32,000 bases of DNA from Geobacter sulfurreducens PCA (GCF_000007985.2 NC_002939.5:2910001-2942000), one strand, 5' to 3'; counted from the first letter of the stretch, positions 7,548 to 17,179 are shown. The notes: a model not told the origin generated them from the letters alone. Program-made: numbers and translations.

Positions 7548-8417
7548 CTACGCAACAGAACTGCGCACCCCCTCCTGCATGGTCGGATAGAGCAGGGTCA
7601 CGTGCAGTTTCTCGCGCATCAGGCGATTGTCCATTTTTCGCGATTCGGTCACGTACGAAAACATCAGCGGCGTCATGACCCGACGGGCTTCCTCAAGGGT
7701 CACCCGGCGCGGCCGCGGCAGGCCCAGAGCGTCGGCGCATGCGTCGAAATAGGCGGTCATGGTGGTGGGGTGACCATCGCTCACATTGAAGATGTCCCCG
7801 TCTTCGCCGTGTTCCGCAGCGGCGAGGCAGATGCGGGCCAGATCTTCCGAATGGATGCGGTTGGTAAAGGGAGCCAGGCTTTCCTCAAGCACCGGCTGGC
7901 CGCTGGTGAGCTGCTGGAGGGGAAGCCGGCCCGGCCCGTAGATCCCGGTAACGCGGAGGATGACCACCGGGACGCCCCGCTCGGCCCCCCACTGGCGGAA
8001 AACCGTTTCCGCATCGTAGCGGCGGCGCGCCCGCGAGGTCTGGGGATTGGGCGGGGTTTCTTCGGTAACGACGTCGCCGCCGCAATCGCCGTACACGCCA
8101 CTGGTGCTCAGGTAAACGATCTTCCGCGGCTCCTCACCGGGAGCAATGGCGTCGCAGAAGGCGCGCACGCGGGGATCGGTGACCCCCCCGCCCGGGGGGG
8201 GAGCAAAGTAGAACACCACGGCGCCGCGGGTGGGCATCCCTGCCAGGGAATCCCGCTCATCGAGGTTCGCCTCCAGGGCTGTCACCCCCATTTCGCGGAG
8301 GGATTCCGCCTTCTCCGGGGACCGGATCAGGGCCGCGACCCCGGCACCGTCTGCCAGGGCGATCCTTGCCACCTTTTTCCCGATATCGCCACACCCGACG
8401 ATGAAGAAACGTTCCAT
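7548..8417 (-). CDS. NAD(P)-binding SDR / NAD-dependent epimerase-dehydratase family protein
   Basis: I prefer ATG 8417 (MERFFIVGCGDIGKKVA..., Rossmann GxGxxG) because GGGAGGGAAG lies just upstream. The track ORF starts 7 codons earlier. Typical extended-SDR length (289 aa). Confidence 0.8.
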   Translation of the reverse strand: MERFFIVGCGDIGKKVARIALADGAGVAALIRSPEKAESLREMGVTALEANLDERDSLAGMPTRGAVVFYFAPPPGGGVTDPRVRAFCDAIAPGEEPRKIVYLSTSGVYGDCGGDVVTEETPPNPQTSRARRRYDAETVFRQWGAERGVPVVILRVTGIYGPGRLPLQQLTSGQPVLEESLAPFTNRIHSEDLARICLAAAEHGEDGDIFNVSDGHPTTMTAYFDACADALGLPRPRRVTLEEARRVMTPLMFSYVTESRKMDNRLMREKLHVTLLYPTMQEGVRSSVA

Positions 8418-8530
8418 ACTTCCCTCCCGTATCGGCACTGTCCCCCGTTCGCCGGCTGAACGGCCTTTCCGCAGCGGACCTTACCTATTACCATCCGGGA
8501 GTAAACACTGTCAACACGCAGCGTTTTATT

Positions 8531-8998
8531 CTATTTTTTCTTCAGACTGAGAAAATACGTGAGGGCCGCGATAACCAGGGAGGCCGCCACACCGTAGCCG
8601 AGGAGATCCCGCTGGCCGTCCCAGGTCATCACCTGGCCGAGGAAGAGCACCCCGATGACCACCACCACGACCCCCACCAGCTTGTATTTGAGGTCGTCCA
8701 GGTTGTGAATCGTAAGCCATTGGGGGACCGGGACCGTGTCGTCGATGAAGAGTTCGTAGAGGGCAAGGGAAATAATATAGAGAACGGTGCCAAGGAGAAA
8801 GGTGTCGACCACCTCGATGAACGACAGCACAAGGGATTTCATTCCCTTGCTGCTCACGTAGCCGGAGGCCAGGGTTTCGGTGATCGTGCGAAAGGCGAGA
8901 ATCCCGCCGTAGGCGATGAGGGTGACGGCGGCGGCAAAGGAACCGATCACGGCAATGAGGATAATGTAACGGGTCGACTCGATCAGGCGGTTTTTCAT
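8531..8998 (-). CDS. YqhA/UPF0114-family small integral membrane protein
   Basis: The track ORF 8531..9352 is trimmed to ATG 8998 (MKNRLIESTRYIILIAVIGSF...), which has GAGGAGG upstream. 155 aa with 4 hydrophobic segments. FIEVVDTFLLG...LYELFID...WL...LDDLKYKL resembles the UPF0114 pattern as I remember it. Confidence 0.6.
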   Translation of the reverse strand: MKNRLIESTRYIILIAVIGSFAAAVTLIAYGGILAFRTITETLASGYVSSKGMKSLVLSFIEVVDTFLLGTVLYIISLALYELFIDDTVPVPQWLTIHNLDDLKYKLVGVVVVVIGVLFLGQVMTWDGQRDLLGYGVAASLVIAALTYFLSLKKK

Positions 8999-9096
8999 GG
9001 ATCGACGAGGCCTCCTCGGGATGGTGCGTGGCGCCATGATAACGAAAGCCATCCCTCCCGTCCAGCACCATCCGTGCGCCGGACACGGGCCGCGCC

Positions 9097-9124
9097 TTGA
9101 CAGGGGGCAGTCCCGCGCTAGACT
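9097..9124 (+). promoter_or_regulatory. Candidate sigma-70 promoter of Cys-rich mini-gene copy 1
   Basis: TTGACA (9097..9102), 16-nt spacer, TAGACT (9119..9124). This predicts a ~30-nt leader to ATG 9161. Confidence 0.4.
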
Positions 9125-9160
9125 TCCTCTGTTAGAACAATGCGGAAGGAGGAACGTCAA

Positions 9161-9328
9161 ATGGCATGCGACATCACAGCTCACAAAATGCATATGTGTG
9201 CCCTCAAGGCCGAGGGATGCAGCGATGAGGTGGCAAGCCTCTCCGCCTCGCCCACCGTTAAGTGCGGCAATTGCGGCGCCTTGGCCAACTCGCCGGATAA
9301 CGTATGTAACCCGGTGCCGTTGAAGTAA
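9161..9328 (+). CDS. 55-aa cysteine-rich mini-protein, copy 1 (paralogue of 24428..24592)
   Basis: ATG 9161 is preceded by GGAAGGAGGA. Product is MACDITAHKMHMCALKAEGCSDEVASLSASPTVKCGNCGALANSPDNVCNPVPLK. It shares C-x2-CGA-x-A-x-SP-x-NVC-x-PV with the second copy. It has its own promoter and terminator. Confidence 0.6.
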   Translation: MACDITAHKMHMCALKAEGCSDEVASLSASPTVKCGNCGALANSPDNVCNPVPLK

Positions 9329-9353
9329 CCGGCAGCACAGGCCCTGCGGCATG

Positions 9354-9390
9354 AAAAACGGCCCGTGACCGATGCGCGGGCCGTTTTTTT
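9354..9390 (+). terminator. Rho-independent terminator of mini-gene copy 1
   Basis: ACGGCCCG (9358..9365) pairs with CGGGCCGT (9377..9384) across an 11-nt loop. The T7 run ends at 9390, and an A5 run lies upstream. Confidence 0.75.
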
Positions 9391-9427
9391 CAGTACGCCC
9401 GCCACTTCACACTCACTGGAGGACCCT

Positions 9428-10237
9428 ATGGTTATCGCACCCACACCCCGCTTCAGGGCGGGGGGATGGCTTATTGGACTCTTCTTTGTCCTGTTCCTGA
9501 ACGTGTCCCTTGCCCTCGCCGCGGGTGACTCGCTTGTCGTCGGCATGGAACTGGCCTATCCGCCGTTCGAGATGACCGACACGACCGGCAAGCCCACCGG
9601 CGTGAGCGTCGACCTTGCCACGGAGCTCGGCAAGGCCCTGGGCAAGAAGATCGTGATCCAGAACATGGCCTTCGACGGTCTGATCCCTGCCCTGAAAACC
9701 GGCAAGATCGACCTCATCATCTCATCCATGACCGCCAATGCGGAGCGGGGCAAGTCCATCGACTTCTCCGACCCCTACCTGAACACGGGGCTCTGCCTCC
9801 TGGTCAAGAAGGAATCGCCGGCAAAGGGCATCGGCGACCTGGACCAGCCGGGCCGCAGCGTCGCGGTCAAAAAGGGGACCACGGGCCACGCCTGGGCCAG
9901 CAAGAACCTGAAGAAAGCCAGGGTACTCGTCCTCGACAAAGAAGCCGCGGCCGTCCTCGAAGTGGTGCAGGGCAAAGCCGACGCCTTCATCTACGACCAG
10001 ATGTCCACCTACCAGAACTGGCAGAAGAACCGGGCCACCACCCGCGCCATCCTGGAGCCGTTCCAGAAGGAATCGTGGGCGGTGGGCATCCGCAAGGGCA
10101 ACGATGACCTGAGAAAGAAAGTGAACGCCTTCCTGGCCGATTTCCGCAAGAAAGGCGGCTTCGAGACGCTTGGCGACAAGTACCTCAAGGAGCAGAAGGA
10201 AGCGTTCAAGAAACTGGGCTATCCCTTCTATCTCTAG
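9428..10237 (+). CDS. Polar amino-acid ABC transporter, periplasmic substrate-binding protein (family 3)
   Basis: ATG 9428 follows GGAGGA, so the track ORF is trimmed by 21 codons that overlap the terminator. Signal peptide WLIGLFFVLFLNVSLALAAG. SBP_bac_3-like LVVGMELAYPPFEM...KIDLIISSMT... Confidence 0.9.
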   Translation: MVIAPTPRFRAGGWLIGLFFVLFLNVSLALAAGDSLVVGMELAYPPFEMTDTTGKPTGVSVDLATELGKALGKKIVIQNMAFDGLIPALKTGKIDLIISSMTANAERGKSIDFSDPYLNTGLCLLVKKESPAKGIGDLDQPGRSVAVKKGTTGHAWASKNLKKARVLVLDKEAAAVLEVVQGKADAFIYDQMSTYQNWQKNRATTRAILEPFQKESWAVGIRKGNDDLRKKVNAFLADFRKKGGFETLGDKYLKEQKEAFKKLGYPFYL

Positions 10238-10243
10238 GACGCC

Positions 10244-11032
10244 ATGAACCTCCTCTTCGCACCCAATGACTGCCGGGAGGGAGGCGCCGTCCCCCTCCCG
10301 GCCCGCATCGTCGGCATCCTTATCGCCTTTCTCCTGGTGACGCTCATCTTTGCCTACGCCTTCCATTCCCTCCAGTACCACTGGGGGTGGGAGTCGGTCT
10401 ACGCCTACCGGCAGAAATTCGTCAACGGCTGGCTCATGACCCTCGCCATCTCGGCGGCGGCGCTGCTTCTCTCGCTCGCGATCGGTCTCTGCACGGCCTT
10501 GACCCAGCGGAGCCGGTTGCTGCCGCTACGCTACCTGGGCCGGATCTACGTGGAGACGATCCGGGGAACGCCGCTGCTGGTGCAGATCCTGGTGTTCTTC
10601 TATGTGGTGGCCGACGCCTTCGGCGTGGGCGACCGCTACCTGGTGGGAGTGATCACCCTGTCGCTCTTTGCCGGCGCCTACATCTCCGAGATGATCCGGG
10701 CCGGCATCGAAAGCGTGGGCGACTCCCAGATGGAATCGGCCCGGGCCATCGGCCTCACTCGTGCCCAGATCTACCGGTACGTGGTCTTTCCCCAGGCGTT
10801 CCGCCAGACCCTCCCCCCCCTGGCGGGACAGTTCGCCTCCATCGTCAAGGACTCGTCGCTCCTTTCCATCATCGCCGTGAGCGAATTCACCCTCAACGCC
10901 CAGGAGGTGAACGCCTTCACCTACAGCACCCTGGAAAGCTACCTTCCCCTGGCCATCGGCTACCTGGCCATCACCCTGCCCATCTCGCTCCTCTCGCGCC
11001 GGCTCGAGAAGAAGTTCCGTTATGCAACTTAG
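10244..11032 (+). CDS. Polar amino-acid ABC transporter permease
   Basis: 262 aa, multi-TM. EAA-loop-like ESARAIGLTRAQIYRYVVFPQA. Lies 6 nt after the SBP gene. Confidence 0.9.
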   Translation: MNLLFAPNDCREGGAVPLPARIVGILIAFLLVTLIFAYAFHSLQYHWGWESVYAYRQKFVNGWLMTLAISAAALLLSLAIGLCTALTQRSRLLPLRYLGRIYVETIRGTPLLVQILVFFYVVADAFGVGDRYLVGVITLSLFAGAYISEMIRAGIESVGDSQMESARAIGLTRAQIYRYVVFPQAFRQTLPPLAGQFASIVKDSSLLSIIAVSEFTLNAQEVNAFTYSTLESYLPLAIGYLAITLPISLLSRRLEKKFRYAT

Positions 11033-11753
11033 ACTGACGGGGATAACTAAGCGGTTCGGGAGCCAGACCGCCCTGGCCGGCCTGTCGCTGGACATGGCCG
11101 AGTTCAAGGCCCTGGCGGTGATCGGCCCCTCCGGCGGGGGCAAAACGACGCTGCTGCGGGTCATCGGTGGGCTCACCGCCCCGGACGGGGGAGAGTTGGA
11201 GATCGACGGCGAGCGGATCGGGTTCGACGAGGAGAGCCTCCTGGCCCACCGGCGGAGGATCGGCACGGTGTTCCAGGCCTACAACCTTTTCCCCCACCTC
11301 TCGGCCCTGGAGAACATCACCCTCCCCCTGACAAGGGTGCACGGCATCCCGCAGGCCGAGGCAAGGGACCAAGCCCTGGCGCTCCTGGAACGCTTCCAGC
11401 TCGCCCCCCATACGGCCAAGAGGCCGGCCGAGCTCTCGGGCGGACAGCAACAGCGAGTAGCCATTGCCCGAGCCATGGCCATCCGGCCCCGGTTTCTCCT
11501 GCTGGACGAGCCCACCTCCGCCCTGGATCCGGAAATGACCGCCGAGGTGCTGGACATCATCATGGAGTTGCGCAGCGAAGGCCGCGACATCATCATGGCC
11601 ACCCATCACATGGGCTTTGCCCGGAGCGTGGCGGACCGCTGCCTCTTTGTCTGCGACGGGGTGGCCGCCGAGGAGGGACCCGCGGCGGAGTTGTTCGAAA
11701 ATCCCCGGAGCGACAAGCTGCGGAACTTCCTGGCCAAAGTCCTCAAGTACTGA
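11022..11753 (+). CDS. Polar amino-acid ABC transporter ATP-binding protein
   Basis: Walker A GPSGGGKTT, signature LSGGQQQRVAIARA, Walker B LLLDEPTSALD. Overlaps the permease stop by 11 nt. Confidence 0.9.
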   Translation: MQLRLTGITKRFGSQTALAGLSLDMAEFKALAVIGPSGGGKTTLLRVIGGLTAPDGGELEIDGERIGFDEESLLAHRRRIGTVFQAYNLFPHLSALENITLPLTRVHGIPQAEARDQALALLERFQLAPHTAKRPAELSGGQQQRVAIARAMAIRPRFLLLDEPTSALDPEMTAEVLDIIMELRSEGRDIIMATHHMGFARSVADRCLFVCDGVAAEEGPAAELFENPRSDKLRNFLAKVLKY

Positions 11754-11891
11754 TCGCGGCGCACGACGTCTTTCTCTCCGTCAGGACATCCCGGTGCTCC
11801 GGCGGCATCTCAAGCGGATATCCTCCTTGGTTTTTCCGAAGTGCCCCCATTCCTGCCATTTCATGCGTGTTCCGCATATCAACTATTTCTC

Positions 11892-11918
11892 TACAGAAAC
11901 AGCGTAACCTGACGATAA
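11892..11918 (+). promoter_or_regulatory. Candidate sigma-28 (FliA)-type promoter upstream of the MCP gene
   Basis: TACA-N15-GACGATAA compared with the remembered consensus TAAA-N15-GCCGATAA (3/4 and 7/8). Lies 47 nt upstream of ATG 11965. Confidence 0.3.
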
Positions 11919-11964
11919 GAATAGTGGAAAATCCAGAACAGGCAGTACTTGTCGGGAGGCGGCC

Positions 11965-13143
11965 ATGTCGTTGTTACTGAACCTCTACCTTCACCTGAAA
12001 ATCCGAACGCGGATCATTCTGCTGTGCGTCTGTTACAGCTTCTGCATCATAGTCGCCGTCATTGCGGGGCGTCTGTTCTCGACGTCGCAGGCCATCGTGT
12101 CCACGTCAGTTTTCGTGATCCTCGGCATTCTGTTCAGCTGGCTGCTCTTCTGGACGGTCAACGATGCGCTCACGCGGATCATGGGCTATCTGGCCGGGAT
12201 AACCAGGGGAGATCTGACGGAAACGATCGCTCCCAAGCGCAATAACGAGATCAGCGACATCATCCGCTCAATCGGCGAACTCCAGTCAACCATGCGCGAG
12301 ATCATCTCCCGGATATCGCAGACATCGCAGGAGGTTGCGCTGGCATCGCGGCAGCTTCAGGCCAACGCCGACCAGATCGCCTCGGGAACGGAGAATGTGG
12401 CATCCCAGGCCAACACGGTTGCCGTTGCCAGCGAAGAGATGGCCGCCACCTCCAGCGACATAGCCGACAACTGCCTGAGCGCGGCGGACAACTCGACCCG
12501 TGCCAGCACTACCGCCCGTTCGGGCTCCGAGGTGGTTCGCCGGACAACGGATTGCATGGAGCGCATCGCCGACAAGGTCAAAGGCGCGGCCAGGACCGTC
12601 GAGGGGTTGGGTTCCCGCTCTGACCAGATCGGCCAGATCATCGAAACCATCCAGGACATTGCCGATCAGACGAACCTGCTGGCCCTGAATGCCGCAATCG
12701 AGGCCGCCCGGGCGGGAGAACAGGGCCGCGGCTTCGCTGTCGTGGCCGACGAAGTCCGTGCCCTGGCGGAGCGCACAACCCGCGCAACCCGCGAAATCAG
12801 CCAAATGATCAAGTCCGTTCAGACCGAGACGAAAGAGGCCATTTCAGCGATCGACGAAGGAGTGGCCGAAGTGGAGAAGGGAACCGAGTACTCGGGCGAG
12901 TCAGCCAGGTCCCTGGATCAGATCCTCCAGCAGATCAGCGACGTAACCCAGCAGATCAACCAGATAGCGACCGCAGCCGAACAACAGACCAGCACCACCG
13001 CAGAGATATCCAACAACATCCAGCAGATAACCGCCGTGGTTGACCAGACCGCCCAGGGGGCGACGGAAACTGCCGGGGCGGCAGCCACCCTTTCCAGGCA
13101 GTCGGAGGAGCTCCAGCGCCTGGTCGGCCAATTCAAGCTGTGA
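11965..13143 (+). CDS. Methyl-accepting chemotaxis protein (two TM helices with almost no periplasmic loop, HAMP, MA domain)
   Basis: SD GGGAGG. Conserved hairpin tip [44 protein letters not shown]-like [20 protein letters not shown]. Confidence 0.9.
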   Translation: MSLLLNLYLHLKIRTRIILLCVCYSFCIIVAVIAGRLFSTSQAIVSTSVFVILGILFSWLLFWTVNDALTRIMGYLAGITRGDLTETIAPKRNNEISDIIRSIGELQSTMREIISRISQTSQEVALASRQLQANADQIASGTENVASQANTVAVASEEMAATSSDIADNCLSAADNSTRASTTARSGSEVVRRTTDCMERIADKVKGAARTVEGLGSRSDQIGQIIETIQDIADQTNLLALNAAIEAARAGEQGRGFAVVADEVRALAERTTRATREISQMIKSVQTETKEAISAIDEGVAEVEKGTEYSGESARSLDQILQQISDVTQQINQIATAAEQQTSTTAEISNNIQQITAVVDQTAQGATETAGAAATLSRQSEELQRLVGQFKL

Positions 13144-13203
13144 GCTCCGCGCGCCGGCACGCTGAATGGCCGGGTGGCGCACAAGACGGGACAGTGCATG
13201 AAC

Positions 13204-13245
13204 AGGGGCTCGGATCGATGTGATCCGGGCCCCTGCCTGTTTCGC
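13204..13245 (+). terminator. Probable terminator hairpin downstream of the MCP gene
   Basis: 13-bp stem AGGGGCTCGGATC / GATCCGGGCCCCT (one G-U pair) with loop GATGT (13204..13234). The tail GCCTGTTTCGCT is only weakly U-rich. Confidence 0.45.
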
Positions 13246-13296
13246 TACACCGGATTCCGCCGTCACAAGACCAAAAATGCCGGAGCCGGCACCGCC

Positions 13297-14751
13297 ATGT
13301 CCCCAAACGGATCAAGGAATGGTACTATTAGCAGGATGAAATCCTCTGTCGACCTGATCCGCGATCCCATCCCGCAGCTCCTGGTCCGGCTCGCCGTGCC
13401 CGTGGGGACCGGCTTTTTCTTCAACACCATGTTCAACGTGGTGGACACCTTCTACGGCGGCCTCATCTCCACCAAGGCGCTGGCGGCCCTGTCCCTCTCC
13501 TTTCCCCTTTTCTTCATCGTCCTGGCCCTGGGGGCGGGAACCTCCATGGGCGCCACGGCCCTCATCGGCCATGCGCTGGGGAGCGACAACCGCGACGATG
13601 CCGAACTCTACGCGGCCCAGGCGGTTTCCTTCGGGGTGCTCCATGCCCTGCTCCTCACGGCCGTCGGGCTCGCCACGGCACCGGCGGTCTTCCGGCTCAT
13701 GGGGGCCTCCGGCGACTACCTGGACCTGGCCCTGGTCTACATGGACGTCCTCTTTGCCGGCAGCATCTTCTTCATGGGCAACTATATTCTCAACTCCATG
13801 CTCAATGCCGCGGGCGACACCAAGAGCTTCCGCAATTTCCTGGTGACGGGCTTTTTCTTGAACCTGGCCCTGGACCCCTGGTTCATGTATGGCGGCTTCG
13901 GCATCCCGGCCATGGGGATCGGCGGCATCGCCCTGGCCACGGTGATGATCCAGGCCGCGGGCAACCTCTACCTCCTGGGCCGGGTCCGGCGGACCGGGCT
14001 CTTGTCAGGACGGTCGTGGCGACTGATGGCACCGCGGCGGGAGCCGTTCCGGCGGCTCTTCGGCCAGGGATTCCCCGCAAGCCTCAACATGCTGACCGTG
14101 TCCCTGGGCATCTTCGTGATCACCTGGTTCGCGGGACGGTTCGGGAAAGAAGCGGTGGCCGCCTACGGCATCGGCACCCGGATCGAGCAGATCGTGCTCC
14201 TGCCGGCCATGGGGCTGAACGTGGCGGTCCTGTCCCTGGTGGCACAGAACTTCGGCGCGGGAAAGCTGGCGCGGGTGCGGGAAGCACTGTCCCGGGCTCT
14301 GCGGGCCGGGCTCCTGATGATGGCCGCCGGGACGGTACTGGTGATGGCCACGGCGGCCCCCCTGGTGGGGCTGTTCACCGATGACCCCGCGGTCGTTGCC
14401 CGGGGGGCGGGCTTCCTGCGGGTAGAGGCGCTGGTGCTCGGGGCTTACGTGATCCTGTACGTGAACAACTCGGCCCTCCAGGCGCTCCAGCGCCCCGCCT
14501 TCGCCCTCTGGATCGGGTTGTTCCGCCAGATCCTGGCCCCGGTGCCGGTCTTCTGGCTGCTGGCCCTGCGGCTCGGCTGGGGACTGCCCGGCATCTGGTG
14601 GGGGGTAGCGCTCGTCACCTGGAGCGCGGCGGCCGTTTCCATGCTCTACACCCGCCGCGTCATGCGCGAACTGGAGGCGGAGGCCGATCTCCTCCTGGCC
14701 GCCAACGGCGGGGCACCGGCCGTTTCGGGGCCTCCGACCGGCGGGAAATGA
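13297..14751 (+). CDS. MATE-family efflux transporter
   Basis: 12-TM-like hydrophobic profile with the MATE N-terminal pattern IPQLLVRLAVPVGTGFFFNTMFNVVDTFYGG. The start is ambiguous: ATG 13297 or ATG 13336. The track start 13174 lies upstream of the 13204 hairpin, so I discount it. Confidence 0.8.
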   Translation: MSPNGSRNGTISRMKSSVDLIRDPIPQLLVRLAVPVGTGFFFNTMFNVVDTFYGGLISTKALAALSLSFPLFFIVLALGAGTSMGATALIGHALGSDNRDDAELYAAQAVSFGVLHALLLTAVGLATAPAVFRLMGASGDYLDLALVYMDVLFAGSIFFMGNYILNSMLNAAGDTKSFRNFLVTGFFLNLALDPWFMYGGFGIPAMGIGGIALATVMIQAAGNLYLLGRVRRTGLLSGRSWRLMAPRREPFRRLFGQGFPASLNMLTVSLGIFVITWFAGRFGKEAVAAYGIGTRIEQIVLLPAMGLNVAVLSLVAQNFGAGKLARVREALSRALRAGLLMMAAGTVLVMATAAPLVGLFTDDPAVVARGAGFLRVEALVLGAYVILYVNNSALQALQRPAFALWIGLFRQILAPVPVFWLLALRLGWGLPGIWWGVALVTWSAAAVSMLYTRRVMRELEAEADLLLAANGGAPAVSGPPTGGK

Positions 14752-14865
14752 TGCGAAACCGGAACGCTCTGGTATCCTTGCTCGTAAACCGGCGATGACG
14801 GCCGGGCCGCGACGCCATCAAAGCCCGTGCCTGCACAACATCATCAACCTGAACGAGGGTGTCCC

Positions 14866-15924
14866 ATGCCCGAAACAACGATTCAGACATTCGGCGTCCG
14901 GCGTCTTGAGATCATCGCTGCGGACGGCACGGCGGACGAGGCGCTTCTTCCCGACCTTTCGGGCGACCAGCTGCGGCGGCTCCACTACCTGATGCTCCTG
15001 ACCCGCACCTTTGACCGCCGCGCCCTGGCGCTCCAGCGGGAAGGCAGAATCGGCACCTATCCCTCGGTGCTTGGCCAGGAGGCGGCCCAGGTGGGGAGCG
15101 CCTTCGCCCTTCAGCCAAGCGACTGGGTCTTTCCCTCCTTCCGGGAGATGGGCGCCCACCTCACCCTCGGCTACCCGGTCCACCAGCTCTTCCAGTACTG
15201 GGGCGGCGACGAGCGGGGGCTGCGTACCCCGGACGGCATGAACCTCTTTCCCATCTGCGTTTCCGTGGGGACCCACATCCCCCATGCCGCAGGGGCGGCG
15301 CTGGCGGCCAGGGCCAGGGGCGACCGGTCGGCCGTGGCGGCCTACTTCGGCGACGGCGCCACCTCCAAGGGGGACTTTCACGAAGGGTTCAACCTGGCCG
15401 GCGCCCTGAAGTTGCCGGTGGTCTTCATCTGCCAGAACAACCAGTGGGCCATTTCGGTGCCCCTGGCGGCCCAGACCGCTGCCCCGACCCTGGCCCAGAA
15501 GGCGCTGGCCTACGGTTTCGAGGGCATCCAGGTGGACGGCAACGACGTGCTGGCCGTATTCCGCGCCACGGGCGAGGCCCTGGTCAGGGCCCGCGACGGG
15601 GGAGGCCCCACCTTCATCGAATGCCTCACCTACCGCATGGCCGACCACACCACCGCCGACGATGCGAGCCGCTATCGTCCCCCGGCTGATGTGGAGGCGT
15701 GGCGCGACCGGGACCCCCTGCTCCGCTTCGAGCGGTTCCTGGCAAAGCGCGGCCTCTGGAACGGGGATTACGGAGCCGAGGTACAGGCAAAGGCCGAGGG
15801 AGAGATCGACGAAGCGGTACGGCGCTACGAATCGGTGCCGCCGCCGGAGCCGGGGGAGATGTTCGCCTTCACCTGTGCGGAGTTGAGTCCGCGGCAGAGG
15901 CGGCAACAGGAAAACATCCGCTAG
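14866..15924 (+). CDS. 2-oxoacid (pyruvate/branched-chain/acetoin type) dehydrogenase E1 component, alpha subunit (TPP-dependent)
   Basis: ATG 14866 follows GAGGG. TPP motif GDGATSKGDFHEGFNLAGALKLPVVFICQNNQWAIS. Confidence 0.9.
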   Translation: MPETTIQTFGVRRLEIIAADGTADEALLPDLSGDQLRRLHYLMLLTRTFDRRALALQREGRIGTYPSVLGQEAAQVGSAFALQPSDWVFPSFREMGAHLTLGYPVHQLFQYWGGDERGLRTPDGMNLFPICVSVGTHIPHAAGAALAARARGDRSAVAAYFGDGATSKGDFHEGFNLAGALKLPVVFICQNNQWAISVPLAAQTAAPTLAQKALAYGFEGIQVDGNDVLAVFRATGEALVRARDGGGPTFIECLTYRMADHTTADDASRYRPPADVEAWRDRDPLLRFERFLAKRGLWNGDYGAEVQAKAEGEIDEAVRRYESVPPPEPGEMFAFTCAELSPRQRRQQENIR

Positions 15925-15939
15925 AGGAGAGGTTGCTCC

Positions 15940-16902
15940 ATGCCCCAACTGAATATGGTCCAGGCAATAAACCTCGCCCTGCGGGAGGAGATGGCCCGGG
16001 ACAACCGGCTGGTGGTCCTCGGCGAGGACGTGGGCAGAGACGGCGGGGTGTTCCGGGTGACGGAGGGGCTGTTCGAGCAGTTCGGCGGGGACCGGGTCAT
16101 GGACACTCCCCTGTCGGAATCGGCCATAGCCGGGGCGGCCATCGGCATGGCCGTTTGCGGCATGCGCCCCGTGGCGGAGATCCAGTTCATGGGGTTCATC
16201 TACGCCGCCTTCGACCAGCTCGTGGCCCACGCCGCACGCATCCGCACCCGGTCCCGGGGCCGCTTCACCTGTCCGCTGGTTATCCGCACCCCCTATGGCG
16301 GCGGCATCAAGGCGCCGGAACTCCACGAGGAGAGTACCGAGGCCCTGTTCTGCCACGTGCCGGGGCTCAAGGTGGTGGTCCCCTCGGGGCCCTACAGCGC
16401 CAAGGGGCTCCTGCTGGCCGCCATCCGCGATCCGGATCCGGTGCTCTTCCTTGAGCCGACCCGCCTCTACCGGTTGGTGAAGGAGGAGGTACCCGAGGGG
16501 GACTACACCCTGCCCCTGGGCACGGCCCGGATCGTCCGGCAGGGAGGCGCGGTGACCGTGGTCGCCTGGGGCAGCATGCTCCAGCGGACCATCCAGGCCG
16601 TGGAGGGATACGATGCCGAGGTGATCGACCCCATGACCCTGGCTCCCTTTGACGGGGAGACGCTGCTGGCATCGGTGCGGAAAACCGGCCGGCTCGTCAT
16701 CGTCCACGAGGCGCCGCTGACCTGCGGCCTGGGGGCCGAAATCGCCGCCACCGTGGCGGAGGAGGCAATCCTCCACCTGCGGGGGCCGGTGGTGCGGGTG
16801 GCGGCCCCGGACGTCCCGGTGCCCCTGGCCCGGCTCATGGACCGGTATCTGCCGTCGGTGGAGCGGATCCAGGCGGCCGTCAAGGAAGTGCTGACCTACT
16901 GA
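15940..16902 (+). CDS. 2-oxoacid dehydrogenase E1 component, beta subunit
   Basis: 320 aa, 15 nt after E1alpha. Typical transketolase-like beta subunit sequence (VVLGEDVG..GGVFRVTEGL...DTPLSESAIAGAAIGMA). Confidence 0.9.
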   Translation: MPQLNMVQAINLALREEMARDNRLVVLGEDVGRDGGVFRVTEGLFEQFGGDRVMDTPLSESAIAGAAIGMAVCGMRPVAEIQFMGFIYAAFDQLVAHAARIRTRSRGRFTCPLVIRTPYGGGIKAPELHEESTEALFCHVPGLKVVVPSGPYSAKGLLLAAIRDPDPVLFLEPTRLYRLVKEEVPEGDYTLPLGTARIVRQGGAVTVVAWGSMLQRTIQAVEGYDAEVIDPMTLAPFDGETLLASVRKTGRLVIVHEAPLTCGLGAEIAATVAEEAILHLRGPVVRVAAPDVPVPLARLMDRYLPSVERIQAAVKEVLTY

Positions 16903-16903
16903 T

Positions 16904-17020
16904 CTGCGGAGAAAAGATCCCGCATAAATCACCGAGGGCCCAGACAAAGGGAAGGCGCCAGGAGCAGCGCTTGCGTTTCCATGAAATTCAGCCGGCGACG
17001 CTTGGAGGTTTTCGGAGCAG
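16904..17020. repeat. 117-bp direct repeat, copy 1 (starts 2 nt after the E1beta stop)
   Basis: CTGCGGAGAAAAGATCCCGCATAAATCACC...CTTGGAGGTTTTCGGAGCAG. About 7 mismatches to copy 2 by eye; the last ~65 nt are identical. Confidence 0.9.
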
Positions 17021-17028
17021 ATGCACCA

Positions 17029-17179
17029 CGGCGGGGGCGGGGCTCCTGCGGAGAAAAGATCCCGCATAATCCACCGAGGGTCCAGACAAAGGGAAAACGC
17101 CGGCAGCAGCGCTTGCGTTTCCATGAAATTCAGCCGGCGACGCTTGGAGGTTTTCGGAGCAGGAGCCCCGCCCCCGCCG
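17029..17179. repeat. Perfect 18-bp GC-rich inverted repeat bracketing repeat copy 2
   Basis: CGGCGGGGGCGGGGCTCC (17029..17046) and GGAGCCCCGCCCCCGCCG (17162..17179). Direct GCACCAC occurs at 17023..17029 and at 17181..17187. Confidence 0.9.
17046..17162. repeat. 117-bp direct repeat, copy 2
   Basis: Same unit, offset by 142 bp from copy 1. Confidence 0.9.

Noticed and set aside
8999-9352. N-terminal 118-codon extension of the YqhA-like ORF (track ORF 8531..9352)
   Set aside because: The extension is Cys/Arg/Gly-rich with no membrane or domain features. It overlaps the oppositely oriented Cys-rich mini-gene and its promoter. ATG 8998 has a strong GAGGAGG SD.
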